A stretch of 64,000 nucleotides of DNA, from the NCBI RefSeq assembly GCF_009914755.1, contig NC_060947.1; one strand, written 5' to 3'. The stretch is from the human T2T-CHM13v2.0 reference genome, Homo sapiens. The notes under the pieces were generated by a model. The model had not been told where the DNA came from and did no database searches. It saw nothing but the letters and a program-made list of their open reading frames with translations. Within the stretch, counting starts at the first letter, position 1. The number at the start of each line of letters is the position of its first letter. Positions 38,897-56,770 of the stretch are shown piece after piece. The translations under genes and the position numbers were made by a program.

Positions 38897-41800
38897 TCCC
38901 TCCTGGCTTTTAAGGTTTCTGCTGAGAAATCTGCTGTTAGTCTGATAGGTTTTACTGTGTAAGTTACCTGATGATTTTGTCTCACAACACTTAAAATTAT
39001 TTCCTTCATCTTGATTTTAGATAGCCTGAAGACTGTATGCCTTTGTGATGATCTTTTTGTGATGAATTTCCCAGGAGTACTTTAACCTTCTTATATTTCA
39101 TTGTATAGATCTTTAGCAAGGCCACAGTTTTCCTCAATTATTCTCTCAAAAAAATTTTCCAAACTTTTACATAGATTTTCTTCCTCAGGAGCAACAATTA
39201 TTTTTAGGTTTGGACATTTTATATAATCCCATATTTCTTGGAGACTTTATTCATTTTAAAATCTTTTTTCTTTGTCTTTATCTGATTTTGTCAATTTGAA
39301 AGCCTTACTTTTGAGATCTCAGATTCTTTCTTCTACTTGTTCTTGACTATTGTTGAAACTTTCCACTGAATTTTGTATGTTCCTACGTGTGTCTTTCATT
39401 TCCAGAAGCTCTGATTGTTTTTTCTTTATGATATCTATATTTCTGGAAATTTTATTCATATTCTAATTTTTAAAATTTTTTTATAAATTCACTTTTACGT
39501 TTCTCCAGTATCTCCTTGAGTAGCAACCTTAATAAGCAACCATCTGAATTCTTTATCTGTCATTTCACAGATTTCATCTTTGCTTGGATCCATCGCTTGG
39601 GAGCTAGTGTGATCATTTGGGGGTGTTATCAAATCCTGTTTTGTCCTATTACCAGTATTACTTTTTTTGTTCCTTCTCAATTGAGTATAGTATTTCTGAA
39701 AATTGCTCTTAAATTTATTTTTTGCTAGGACGGTGCTTTTTAATTTTTTTTCCTTTTAATTATCTGACTTTAAGGCTTATAGTTTATTGTAGTCTAATTT
39801 AATTCTGGGTGCTTTTAGGGGTGAAAATTCTATATGAGTTTCTTAGTTATACAGAGTCTTTGTGCACTGGATTTCCCAGATTCTGGTTGCAGTGGTGATG
39901 TAGTTTGTGTGTGGGCAAGTTTAGTGTCCCCTATTGGTTTGGTATGTGGTATGGCCAGGATCTCTTGAAACTTATCTAATTCTCTCATAGTGTGTACTTT
40001 ACTTATTTATTTAATCCCCCCCTCTCAGTATTTTATTTGCTTAGTTGACGATTCAGACTTCAGGGCAATAAGGGGGGTATCCCTGGGTAGGCACCAGCTG
40101 TAGCTAAAGCAAGTGTATAGATTTAATATCCAATAGTGTGCAAAGGTCCCAGCCTTGATGAAGGTGGCTAGATTAGCTCTCAATTAGATGTGCTGAGATT
40201 TTCTCAGGGTGAAGGGTGGGAGCTATCTCAGCTCACATGCCACATGGGCAGGAAATATGTCCACCTCACAGTCTGACCACTGTCCCAGTGTTCTGGCTAT
40301 TTACATCAGACAGGCACCTCTTTTCATCTAGAGCAATATTGATGTTCCAAGTAGGGAGAAATTGTGACTTTGCCTCTCATGAAGGCCTGAGTCTGGAGAG
40401 TGCTCCTCCTGTGGGGCTGCAATCACCCTGAATTGTTCCAGGAATGCTGTCTATACATGCAGCCATGCTGTGTTCCTGTGGGAGAAGCCCCAGCTGTGTC
40501 TGCAGTGGTCTACCAGGGGATACACCAGTGGGGAATAAGGATGCCTTCTCCAAGACGCTTCATCATCATACAGGCTGCCTGCCTGTTGGGGTAAAGGTGC
40601 AGACTTTCCCTACTGCACCCATCAGTGCAATTGTGTTTCTGCTATGAGTAACTTTCCACCAGCAGAAGGATCTGGGACTCAAGACCTGCTGTTCAAATTA
40701 TTTTGTCCCATGGGGTGTTCCCTTGATATGGTGTTCTCCTCCTTCCCCTAGAAATAGGACTCCTGAGATTCAGACTTCAGTGATTGCTATTGCTCTTCTG
40801 GGACTATCCAGCCTGTAGGGCTTCCAGATTCTTGGATGGTTCTGGAGAATGTCTGCAAAGGATTCAGTGATGTGACCTTTCTTCGAATCTCCCAGCAGTG
40901 TGTACTAACACCTGCTCTGATGGACGTAGACGGAGAATGACCTAGGCTCTGTAACATTCCTTGGTTGTAGATAGGCTTGGTGTGATGGCTTTCTTGAATG
41001 CTGGTTATACTGGTAGTGAACTTGTCATGTAGACAGACTCAGGATCTCTGTTTAGCCAGGGTGTTGCAGACAGTGGTGTTGAGACCACACAGCCATTTTC
41101 TCCTTCCTATGCACAGTGTTATTCAACTGAGAGGTGTTTAAATGACGTGTGTTGGTTGACCTTCAGCCTGAAGGTGGTGCTTGCAAGAGAGCACCAGCTG
41201 TGTTAGTAGCAGTGGAATTTGAGCTTTCCCTAAGTTGCCCAGGGGAAGCATTATGGTTTCTCAGGCAATGGGCAGGGCCATAAAGCTCCCAAAAGTTTAT
41301 GTCTTTTGTGTTTAGCTACCAGGGGTGGATAAATGCCACCAGATGGAGGAAGGTTTATGTGGGTCTGAGCTCATATTCTCCTTGGGTGGGTCAGGTTGCA
41401 GCCCCTGTGGAGATGGGAGGTGGTTCTCAGGCCCCTGGGGTAATGTTTCAGAAGGGAGTATAACTGTCTCTGCTGTGCAGAAGAGTTCACAAATTGAATG
41501 GGGAGTAGCGGGCAGCAGTAAGCTTCACTCAGCTTCCATGCAGTTTACAAGGCCAGTCTCACTCCTGCAGTGCCCCACTAACATTGCCCAGTTTAGATTA
41601 GGCAGCCTGAGCACAGGACTTACACTTGTCCCCGGCCATAAGCTTCCCCACAGAGATAGCAACCATGGCTTTTAGGCCACGTCCCTCCCCATCAGCTAGT
41701 AAGGCTGGGCACCCATCTCCTGTACTCATTTCTGCAGTGCACATTCTGCTCACGACCCCAACCCAGGCTCTGCTCAAGGGAGTTTGTCCCCACTTGAGAT

Positions 41801-42345
41801 TATATCACAAAATTCAGTTGGCATCTTCTTTCACCCTGCAAACACCCCCTGAGCTTGTTGGCTGACTTCTCTGAGGGGCCCTGTGAGATATAGTCAGGAA
41901 TGCCTTCCCTCAGTGTATGCTGGAGACTGGTAATGCCTACAAGGCACTGCCCGTTGCTGCTTCTACTTTTATATTTCATGCAACTCCCTAAATTTGTTCC
42001 AGCTCTGGATAGGGTCAAGGCCATCTCCTGTGGCCTGGATTTTCAGATTCCCTGGTGGGGATGTGTGCTCCCCAAACAATTTTTTGAAAACAAAAAATTA
42101 TTTTGTTATCAAAATAATTTGAACAGCAGGCCTTTCACACTCTGGAAACTTAAAATTTTTCACTTGTCTTATGGAGTAGGCTGAAGCCTAGTGATTCATT
42201 CAAAGGGCATGTGGATTCTTTCAGTTTTTTAAGTTCCTATGGTGGTTCTTGGAAAAATAAAATCACAATGTGAATCTCTACCTGTTATTCTGTCCTTCCA
42301 CATGGGAAGGGCACACTAACACTGCCTCCTCGCCATGATCTTGAA
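38897..42345 (-). mobile_element. L1PB/L1P4-type 5'UTR plus ORF1 (ORF2 and 3' end missing)
   Basis: GTTTCTGCTGAGAAATCTGCTGTTAGTCTGATAGG (ORF1 antisense); ORF1 N-terminus MRRNKKSNTGN..KDEICEMTDKEFRWLL (39680, -); long GC-richer 5'UTR ending CTGCCTCCTCGCCAT. Confidence 0.8.
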
Positions 42346-42349
42346 AAAA

Positions 42350-44850
42350 TATTATTTTCTTTTGGGTTTAGTTTATTTTTTGTAGTAAAACATTTCATTT
42401 TTTTTCTCATTTCCTTTTATGTATATTGTATAGGTATTTCCTTTATGGTTGCCATGGGAATTACATTTTACATACTAAAATTAAAACACTCTAATGTGAA
42501 TTTTTATAATGTAGTACCTTCGCAAATCAGGGTTTCCCTCTTCTCCAGGGTTTTATTTATTTATTTATTTATTTATTTTTAAATTCTTTTAGACTGCATC
42601 AGTCCAAGGCATAAGCTTAATTTCAATAACATATAAAGAGTATGCTTCTATGAAGCTATGCCCTACCCCCTTTAGTTTATGTCATGAAACTATACCCCTA
42701 TACATCATGTATCTAAAAACATAGACTAATAATTTTAATGCATTAGTTTCTTAAATCATGTAAAAACAAAAAGTGTAATTATAAACCACAATTACTATAT
42801 TTTTAGATTTTATAATTAGTCACCATTTCCTGTGATGCAGGGAACTACTTTTACTTGGTTCCAAGCTGATTCCAGTTGGGGTTTGGAGTAGTAGAAACCT
42901 TTCCGTCTATTCTCTATGTGGCCATCCTGAGTTTCTGTGTTCACCAGGATTTTTGTCACTCCTCTCATACAGTCCAGCACTCTCTCTCAGCTATTTTCAT
43001 TTAAATGTAATCGTTTATTAATTGTTCTGGCTGCCTATGTGAAGGGGGATTAGGACTAGCAGCTTCTAGCCAGCCATCTTGATAATGTCACCTGCCCATA
43101 CATTTTCTTTACCATGATCTCTATTTCATTAGAAATCTTTTAGTTTTTGAGTACTACTGTTTTTCATTAAAGGGAACACTCTAGTATTTCTTGCAGGATA
43201 GGTCTGGTGGTAACAATGTCCCTCAGCGTTTTTTGTTTTTTTTTTTTAATCTGGAAAGTTTTAGTTTGTGTCTCTTTTTAAAGGAGAGTTTTGCCAGATA
43301 CAGGATTCTCAGAGGACGATTTTTTTTTTTAGTGCTTTGAATATATCTGCCCACTTCCTTCTGGTCTTCAAAATTTCTGATGAGAAATCTGCTGCTAAAT
43401 TAATTGAGAATCCCTTCTCTGTGATGGGTCATATCTCTCTTCCTTCTTGCTATCAAGACTCTCTGTTTTCCTTTGTCTTTTGATAATTTGATTATAATTG
43501 TGTTCCAATGAGAATATCTTTGAATTCATTTTACTTGGGATTTTGTGAGCTTATTTGATGTTTATAGTCAAATATTTCATCAAATTTTATCCATTTTGGG
43601 CCATTATTTCTTCAAACAATATCTCTCCTCCTTTTTCTATTTTCCTTTGAAACTGCAACAATGTATATTTTTGTCTGCTTCATGGTGTCACACAGGTCCC
43701 TTAGGCTCTGTTCACATTTATTCAATTTTTATTTCTTTTTTTCAGACTTGATAATTTCAATTATTCTATCTTTAATTTCACTGATTCTTTCTTTTGCCTG
43801 CTCAAATCTGTTTATTAGTCCTGCTAGTGAAATTTTTATTCCAGTTTTTGTACTTTTTAATTCCATAATTTTTTTGTTTCTTTTACTGTTTTCTCTCTTT
43901 GTTGGTATTTCTATTCTGTTAATACATTATTTAATTTACTTTCTCTATGTCATCTTTAGTTCATTGATTATTTTCAATACAGGTATTAAAAGTGCTTATT
44001 TAGTAAGTCTGTATCAGGTTTTTGTCCACAATAGTTTCTGGACTTTTAATTTTTCTTCTTTGAATGGGCCACATTTTTCTGTTTCTCTGTATGCTTTGTG
44101 ATTTTTTGTAAAAGAGGACCATTTGTATCTTATAGTGTGGGAACTTTGGAATTCAGGTTTTCCCTCTTCCTCAGGTTTTATTTATTTATTTATTTATTTT
44201 TACAATTCTTGTAGGCTATATAATTCTGAGGTGTAAACTTCAGGCCTTTTCAGGTATTTAGTGATCTTGTGCCTTTGCTTGGGCATGTGTGGTGACTTTC
44301 TAAATTTTTCACACATGTGGGTGCTTTTGAATGTCTCAGTTCTTAAATGTCTGGTTACTTACAGGAAAAAAAGCGAGAATGAATTCAGGGAGGGAGGAGA
44401 ATTACTTCAGCCAGAGAGGAAGAAGTGGCAACAAAGTTGGTGAGGGTTACAATAATGGCTGCTCATCTCTGTGTCTGCACCTCTGCAATCAGAAGCAGCA
44501 ATCAGCAATCAGAACATAGATCTCATTCATCGGGAGTGGAGCATCCATATTTCCCATTCTGCCTCTGGAAGCTGAATGCAAGCTGCTCCAGGAACACACA
44601 CATAGCTGTCTGCTACAGGGCTGGTGGTGGTGGATGTCTACGTGCTACCAATGTAATAGCTGAAATCGACTGAAATTAACCCTAATTTACAGTCTAAACC
44701 TTCATCTGTAAGTTGCATGCCTTTGAATGGACTCCAGAGCTCCAAAATTGTTACATCAGATAGATTCTGCCAATGCAATTGTTGTCTAGGTGAAGAGATG
44801 GATTTCTCGTGCTTCAAACTCTGCAATTATTCCAGAATCTTTTCCTTTAT
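42350..44850 (-). mobile_element. Old L1M inter-ORF region, ORF1 and 5'UTR (probable 5' half of the L1MB element), with a short L1 5'-end piece at about 42830-43085
   Basis: TTTCTGATGAGAAATCTGCTG and GGCCATTATTTCTTCAAA (ORF1 antisense); GGACTCCAGAGCTCCAAAATTGTTACATCAGA 5' end; CTAGCCAGCCATCTT at about 43080. Confidence 0.7.
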
Positions 44851-44851
44851 T

Positions 44852-46325
44852 AACAACCGATTTTTGACAAGCATACAAAGGCAATTTAGTGGAGAAAGGA
44901 TAAATAGTCTTTTCGATAAAACATGCCAGGAAAATTGGATATCCAAATGCAAAAGAATAAATTTGTATCCATGCCTCCAACATGTTTGTTAATTAACTCA
45001 AAATCGATCTGAGATTCAAATGTAAAACCTTGACATGTAAAACTACTAAAAGAAAACTTTGAAGCAAATCTTTGTGACCTTGGGTTAGGCAACTATTTCT
45101 TGGATATGATACCCAAAACCCAAGGTATAAAAAGAAAACATTATCAAAATTGAAACCATTTGTTTTCTAAGAGACACTGTTTACATAATGTTAAGAAAAC
45201 CCACCAACTCAGAGAAAATATTTGCAATTAATATTTCTTACAATGGTCTTATATAAAGAACATATTTTTAAAAAAATCTCAAATGTCAATACAGGTTGAG
45301 TATCCCTTATCAGAAATGCTTTAGACCAGAAGTGTTTCAAATTTGGGATTTTTTCAGACTTGAAATATTTGCATTATACTGGTTCAGCATCCATAATCCA
45401 AAAATCTGAAATCCAAAATGCTCCAATGAACACTTCCTTTGATTGTCATGTCGTTGCTCAAAAGGTTTCAGATTTTGTAGCATTTCAGGCTTTTTTTTTT
45501 TTTGATTTTTGGATTAGGACACCCAAACTGTAATAAGAAAAACAAGTATCTCCAATATAGAAATGAATCAAAGGAGATATAGCTTAAGCACACATAATAC
45601 TGATAAACATGCTTAACTGTCAGGGAAGTGTAAATTGAATCCACAATGTGATACCACTACAAATGAATTAGAATAAATAAAATGTAAAGACTAATCATAT
45701 TAAGTTTTGGTGAAGATGTGGAAAAATTGGAGCTCTCATACATTGCAAAAGGGTACAATCACATTTGAATACAGTTTGACAGTGTCTTAAATATTTACAG
45801 ATTAATATATCATTTGACCCAGCCATTTCACTTCTAGGTATTTATCCATGACAAAAGGAAGCATATATCCTTACAAGCATTTCTACATGAATGTTCATAG
45901 CAGCTTTATTTGCACTAGCAAAAAGTGAAAGTAACCTAAATACACACATCAATATGTAAATGTATAAACTGAGGTTTATCCCTATAATGGAGTACTTCAA
46001 AGCAGTAAAAATAATAAAACTAGTGTTAAATGCAGGCACATAAATAAATCTCAAAATAATTATTCTGGACAGAAATGATTCCACTTATATAAAACTCTAA
46101 AAAAATGCAACATAATCTGCATGGTCAAACTCAAAACATTGCTGACCTGGGGAGAGGGAGAAAAGATGGGACAAAAAAAAATTATAAAAGTGTATATAAT
46201 TTGGGGGGTACATATGTTTATTATCTTTATTGTATTTGTTACTTCATGACAGTGTACCTTATGTCAAAACTTAGATTGTACTGTTTATATTTATTATATG
46301 TCAATTAAACCTCAAAACAGTTGTT
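44852..46325 (+). mobile_element. Old L1M ORF2 3' part plus 3'UTR (continuation of the 34206 element)
   Basis: GATTTTTGACAAG..GGAGAAAGGATA; CATTTGACCCAGCCATTTCACTTCTAGG; ATGTCAATTAAACCTCAA. Confidence 0.75.
45292..45530. mobile_element. Tigger4a-like MITE (239 bp)
   Basis: TA|CAGGTTGAGTATCCCTTATC ... GATTAGGACACCCAAACTG|TA: terminal inverted repeats with a TA TSD. Confidence 0.88.
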
Positions 46326-46620
46326 GAAATATAGTGGCTATTGCTCAGAAGGTCAAAGAATACAGATGTTCCAAATTTCTATGGTTTATATATAAAGATG
46401 AAACTACAGGCTTTCCATTTTAGAAGGTCTAAACTTTGAACTGGGAATGTGTACAAACATACTCTCCATGCCGCTGCACAGCTGCACATAGCTATGAGAA
46501 TCATTTATTGCATCATAGTACTTTTATTTTAATTTTCACATAGTTGCTCTTTGATTTTATGTTGGGCTTGCATGTTATTTACTACACCTACCCTGAACTT
46601 GTATTTTTCCCTATATTTAA

Positions 46621-47037
<417 letters not shown>

Positions 47038-47067
47038 CCGCACAAATGTGTTCTTAATGGGACAAAT

Positions 47068-47288
47068 CAATGCTTCTCAAACTCAGCTCTATTGGGATTT
47101 TATGCTGAATAACTTTCTTTTGTGGAGCACTTTTCTATGCATTGTTGGATATTTGCAGTATCTCCTTGCCTTCACACACTATATGCCTGTAGGATCCACC
47201 TGCTGAGTTGTGACAACCACAAATGTCTGTAGACATTGTCAAATCTCCCTGGGGAGACTGCAAAATTATCTCCAATTGAAAACCATTG
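47068..47288. mobile_element. MER20 (hAT-Charlie MITE)
   Basis: CAATGCTTCTCAA..TTGAAAACCATTG termini; GTTGTGACAACCACAAATGTCT.TAGACATTG; about 220 bp. Confidence 0.8.
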
Positions 47289-47689
47289 GCATAAAATGAT
47301 TATTATTGATCTTTGTGTTCCTATCACCTAGAAAATTGCCTAGTGTGATAGTTGTTTATTGAGTACTGAGTAAATAATTTCGAAAAGACTGCTGGAAATT
47401 AGAGGAAAACATTGGGTACTGATAATATAGAACGCAGTGAATTCCCATACATATTGAACTCATGGTAATGGCTTCCTTAGGAAACAAAAGTAAATGTTTG
47501 ATCTAGTCAGACTTGGTTGACTTGGTTAAAACCCAGTGACTATTACTGGGTTAGGTACGATAACAATTTTCACATTATCAACAATAGAGGTAAATCTCTG
47601 TTATGGACACTGCAAAAAAAAAAAAGTTAAAACTCATGGAAAAATAAAGCACATTCAGGGTGTTGTTCAGGATCTTAAAACAAAAAGAA

Positions 47690-49122
<1,433 letters not shown>

Positions 49123-49764
49123 AAAAAGAAAGAAAATGGAACACAAATTCTTAGATCCTAGAAGCATCTTGTAAATTTTATAGATTCTAGAATCTTCTAT
49201 TATTTTGTAGATTAATAAAAGGAAAATTAGAGGAAGAAAATGACTAGCTCAAAGTCATAGACTATTCACAGTACCAAGGCCTCCTGGAACTTATTATTTT
49301 CTAACAAGTGGTACAATCCATTTATAACCCAGGTATATTTACTTGGTAGTAGTGAAAGGCAAGAGAGCATTAGCTTACTTATATTTTGGATCAGATTTTT
49401 TTTTGAAGTAGAGAAAATTTGACTTATTTCAATCTGAAATAACTGGGGAATTGGGGGAGGAAATGGGGTGGGTGGGGAAAAATGTTTCTAGGATACAAAT
49501 CAACCTGAATAAGCCTCTACAAAAATTGTCTGTTTTCTGTGACTCTAAAGTTAACTCTAAGATTGGAAAGTAGCCTTGAAAACATGCCATTTATTATTAC
49601 AATGCTAATTTCACACAGAAATGTGCAAAGCCAGACAGACAAAGGAGGTTATCTCCCACGAAAAACCTGTTTGATATAATCGTAGAGGATAGGGAAAGTT
49701 ATAGGGGAGAACAATGTGTCCACTATATGGAGGAAATATGAAACAAGGAGCAGAAATAAGGAAA

Positions 49765-51885
<2,121 letters not shown>

Positions 51886-52489
51886 AAAAGTGGGAATTTT
51901 CAGAAACAAATTTCAAGTTAAAATTCTTGATAGAAGTCGAGCATGAAAGGTAAAGGATAAAGCTAAAAAGATTATTTTAACAGAAGGCATTTTCTTATAT
52001 ACTCAATATCCCTTGCTAATAAGTGCTTCTCTGAGCACAAGTGCTTTTGATTAAAAGGAAGAAATAGGAGACTATTTTAAAATCTCAAACATATGCCCAT
52101 CCAGCTGTGCAGCTGTTCAGGGGATCTTCCAGCCATGCCAATTTATTCTCAGTTGGCAATTAAAAAGTGGCAATTATTAAGAAAATTAAGTAAAGAAGTC
52201 AAATAAACAAAATAATACAATTTGGATTCCATAAGAACTCTCAGTTTAATGCTCTAGTATTGAACAGAAAATATTTTCACCATCAAGACAAGAAGAACCA
52301 TCAACTACTATCTTTACTATTTTTTGTGTGTTGTGTGTGCGTGTGTGTGAGCAGACAACCCAAATAAGTAAGTGGGTTACTTACTTATCAAGTACACAAA
52401 GAAAATCAAGTATACAAAGAAAAGAAACAGATACAGAGTAAAAAACTAAGGTTTTAGGCAAGGGGTCAGTTACTAGAAAGGGTGGGCCT

Positions 52490-52850
52490 GTCAATTGCAT
52501 TTTTAGATTTTTCATTCCTACTGTTTAGAAATACAATTAATTTGGTATATTGACCTCATATCCAGGAATCTCACTGAGCTCATTTATTCATATCAATAGC
52601 TTTTTCAGGTATTCCTTGGGATTTTTAATATATAAGATCATTTCAACTGCAAATATATTTTTTTCTTACTTTCTAATCTACATGATTTTATTTCTTTGAT
52701 TTGCCTACTTGCCTTTGATAGAACCTCCAATAAAACACTGAAGTGGCAAAAGCAGATATCCTTTTCTTGTTCTCAAATTTAGAAGAAATGCATTCAACCT
52801 TTCACCATTAAACATGATGTTAGGTATAGATTTTTTATAGGTGTCTCTTG
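52490..52850 (-). mobile_element. Old L1M ORF2 fragment
   Basis: TAGAAATACAATT..ATATTGACCT..TAGAACCTCCAATA..CCTTTCACCATTAA. Confidence 0.7.
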
Positions 52851-53049
52851 GCTTCTTATTTCATAATAGACTGATCTACTCATTTAAAAATGAGTATTAT
52901 AACAGTACTTACCTCAAATAACTAAGAAATACATACTACATATATAGCAACTCTCAGAGTGTCTGGAAAACATTAAGAGCTAAATAAATGGTACAAATGT
53001 TTAATTATTATAACTCACACTAATAACATGAGCTCATTTCCTCTAATAC

Positions 53050-53480
53050 ACCAAAACTAGCAATAAAATTTATTGATACGCCCTTTATTCCTTTGATATC
53101 CTTGTCTCTTTTCTTATAAAATTAAACTCCATAGTTAATTATTTTAATCATTCTTTTTATTTATACTTCAGCTTCTACTCTTTGCCTTTCCTAAACAAAA
53201 TTGGCCAAACCAAATGCAATTACCTGTTTATTGCCCATCAGTACAGTGCAGCTGAATGTGACTAGAGGAAAATACACAATCTATAGACTGATCTCCCTTT
53301 AAATTCAAGAACACAAACCTAAAATGAGCTCTTAATGATGTCATATAATGACAGCTCTCCTTTCTTCTAGATAGCTACTTTATACATTTTTCCTCCTCAA
53401 ATTCCAATATCTCTTCCATCTTTACTTTTAGTTGATCTTTCATTCTGTTTTACCAAGAAAATTGAAATGATCAGAAGAGA
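53050..53480 (+). mobile_element. LINE-2 internal fragment, resuming at 56772-57178 after an L1M insertion
   Basis: GCAGCTGAATGTGACTAGAG..TTTAAATTCA..TGATCAGAAGAGA, continuing AAACTTCCACAGGCTCC..TATGCACTAGAT..TCTTCTCTCATTCTC. Confidence 0.6.
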
Positions 53481-53499
53481 AATATATTTTAATGTAAAA

Positions 53500-56400
53500 C
53501 AATTAAAAATAACATTAGCTTGACAAGTGATTATGGAGTTTATTTGAAAGAGTGAACGAGAAAGAATGACATAAAAATCTGTAATAAAGAATAATGAGAG
53601 CGGGCCAACCCTAATAAACCTTTAAACAGACTGAAAATTTCTTTTAAAATCAAGTGACTTTGGTGCTTCAATAGACGAATTAATGAAATAGAATTTTTCA
53701 ACTTCCCCAATTGGCTCAAGCTCACATGGAAATTCAATAAATGATGAAGACAAAATCTTCACTCTTTAGAGAAAAGAGGGACATTTTAATAAGTGATATT
53801 TTAAAAAGCCAGATAGTTATATGGAATAATATAAAACTGAATATAGTATTCATATGATGCACTAATATAAATTCCAAATGTATCAGAGATCCATAAGTAA
53901 AAATAAAAATATATAAGTATTAGAAGAAAACATGTGTCAAATTCTTTATCATAGGAAGGTGTAGAGTAATCTTTCAAATGATGACCCCAAATCCAGAAAT
54001 AATAAATGAAGATAATGAAACATTGTTCTATATACAGTTTTTTAAAAGCTTGCATGGTAAAAATACTATACACAATTATAAAATACAAACAAAAGGCTTA
54101 CTGATAATTTTGGCCTTAGAGACAAAAAGCTAAAATTTGTATATATAAAGATCTCCTCCAAATTGATATTATCAACATCCTGACAGAAAAATTGGCAAAA
54201 GAAGTGAATAGACAGATAATAGAAAAAATAAAATGGCCCTAAAACTTGTGAAAAAAATTCTTAAGCAGCATTTCTACTATGAGAAAGGCAAATAAAAATT
54301 ACATTGATTACAATTTATTAGCATCTATCAGAATACCAAAAATACTAATGTTTGACAACATATTTTATTAGAGACATACACTCTTGTATATTGCTATTAG
54401 GAATGCAAAATGGTAGAAACCCTTATGGGGAAAATTTGGCAGTAGCTAGCAAAACGTATCTGCATTCATCATTTGAGCCAACAAATCCACTTCTAGAAAC
54501 CCTTCCCAAAGTTACTCAAGCAGAAAACACTAAATGACATATGAACAAGCACGTTGATTACAACATTATTTTTAATGGCAAAGGCATGGAAATAATCCGT
54601 ATGTTCCCAAATAAGGGTAAGGTCGAGTAAATTATAATAAATTCACACAATGAAATATCCTAAATCTGTAAAAAGGCAAATGAGGAAGGCCTCCACATTA
54701 TGTTATAGAATGATACTTAGGTTGTAATATGTGAAAAATGCGAGTGGCAAAACATTGTTTTTTAAAATGAAAATAATGGCGCGATTAGACCATAACTAAC
54801 ACATGATTTTTATGGTAGAGAGAAAACATAAAGTGAATATACCTTCTTTATAATTTTGCCTTTGGGACCCTCTAAATGTTTTACATAATTGTAATAAAAA
54901 ATTAGAGAGAGGAAAATCCAAACGTTAAGAATTGAAAACAAAGTGAAACAAATTATTACAACTGTATATTAAGATACTTATAACCATCAATAGAATAATT
55001 GTTTAAAGTAATTTAAAACAGGCTATTTTTTTTTTCTGTATATTACGGTGGCATATAGCCTAAGAATGGCAAGGAAATCTTAAGGTACATTTTGTAATCC
55101 TGTTGTTAATATAAATATCAGTGTTGTTACTTTGGATCTATCATTAATATATTGTATAACAAGTCACAAAATTAGTTATGTTAGGTAAATATTTTTAGTG
55201 TAAGAGCAAAAAGATAAAAATATAAAATCAAAGAAGAGAAGCAAAGTTCCGTACTATTAAGAGGAGATGGAAGAATCCACAATTTATATTTTATTTTTGT
55301 AAACTTATGAAACATTCTACCAGTGTTGACTGAGATATCCTACAAGCAATGAAAACCCAATAATAATTAGCATTCTTTTTGCCCAGAATGTGATTTCTAC
55401 ATACCATTTCTCGCTAAAGGGACCAAGAAGTCCTTTCCATGGTCTTTTCTATGTCTGAAGCAGGAAAATCACATCATGAATATGGGTGATATCATTGTGC
55501 CAGGAGGCAAGGAAACTATCAAATAGATTATTTCACAAGGTATACATGTATCAAAATATCACATTTTATTCCATAAATATATACAATTATTTGTTATTTA
55601 AAAGAGAACAAAACTTAAAAATAGTAATGAGATTAATCCAAAAGAACACAGAAGCCAATTTAAAAGGACTCTGTCTTTGCCTAAATATCAGACAATTGGA
55701 ACATGAAAAAATAATGTCTAAAATGTGTTAAAGCACATGAACTTTACTTTAAATTCTGAGAGTTTATAATGATTCTTCAAAGAGAAATCTGATAATCATT
55801 AGTAGCTGCTAAGCACCAAATCATTACTTTAAAAATTTGATAAAGAAAAATAATTAAGCATTTATCCTGCCTTTACTATGTGCAAGGTAATTAAATAATT
55901 AATGATAGAAAGTTATTTCATATGGAACGATTCCAGCTAATAAATACAGAGAGAATATTAGAATTGGAAAATATCAATTTTGCTATCTTAAATGAAATAA
56001 TGAATGCAAGCAATGAATATTATTGAGTGTTAATCTATTGGGTGAAAGGTTAGTATTTATAATGAGAGGAGAAGATTGACACCACTTAATCTCATTAACA
56101 ATTTTAGAATAGATCGAAATGGAACAGTAAGTCATGATGGTTTAATTCGGTGAAAAGTACACAACAAAACCTATTAAGAATTCTTGCCAAACGAACAGAA
56201 TAGAATGTGAATCAATCTATCATCCAGATTCAACTATTAGTGTAAAGAAAACATATAAGCAAGAGGAACATATTGAACGGTATCACAAGAATGGAAATGA
56301 ATACAGAATACAGAAAATTTTAGAGCATGAATGGCCTGGATTCTTCAACAAAGAAGAGGTATTAAAAAAAGATGCTATACATTAAAATAGATTAAAGAAA

Positions 56401-56770
56401 TATATTAACTAAATGCAACCTGTGGACCTTGTTTGATCACTATTTATACAGTTAAATGTAAATAGACAGTTTTGAGACAATTGGTGAAATTTGAACATGG
56501 AATGAGATTTGGATGATATTATGGAATTATTTTAAAATTTCTTACGAAATTGAGATGATAGTTATGTTCAAAGAAAAAGTCCCATTAGTAATTATATATT
56601 AGAATAACTACTGAAGAATTTATGAGTAAAATTATATGATGTCTGGTTTTTAAATTACGGTAGTCTAGCAAAAAAGTGTGTTTTTTTTATGTAACAAGAT
56701 TGGCAAGATGATGTAATCTTTTTCTCTTTTTTTATATATTTGAAAGTTTCTATAACAAAATGTTTTAAAA
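53500..56770 (+). mobile_element. Old L1MC/ME-type ORF2 3' part with a long 3'UTR; short L1MA-type 3' tip at about 55530-55605
   Basis: TTTGAGCCAACAAATCCACTTCTAG; GTCTGAAGCAGGAAAA; CCAGCTAATAAAT; AAATGCAAC.TGTGGACCTTGTTTGATC; TTTTGAGACAATTGG. Confidence 0.7.

Noticed and set aside
52387-52422. 18-bp tandem duplication ATCAAGTAYACAAAGAAA
   Set aside because: An ordinary slippage duplication with no sign of function.
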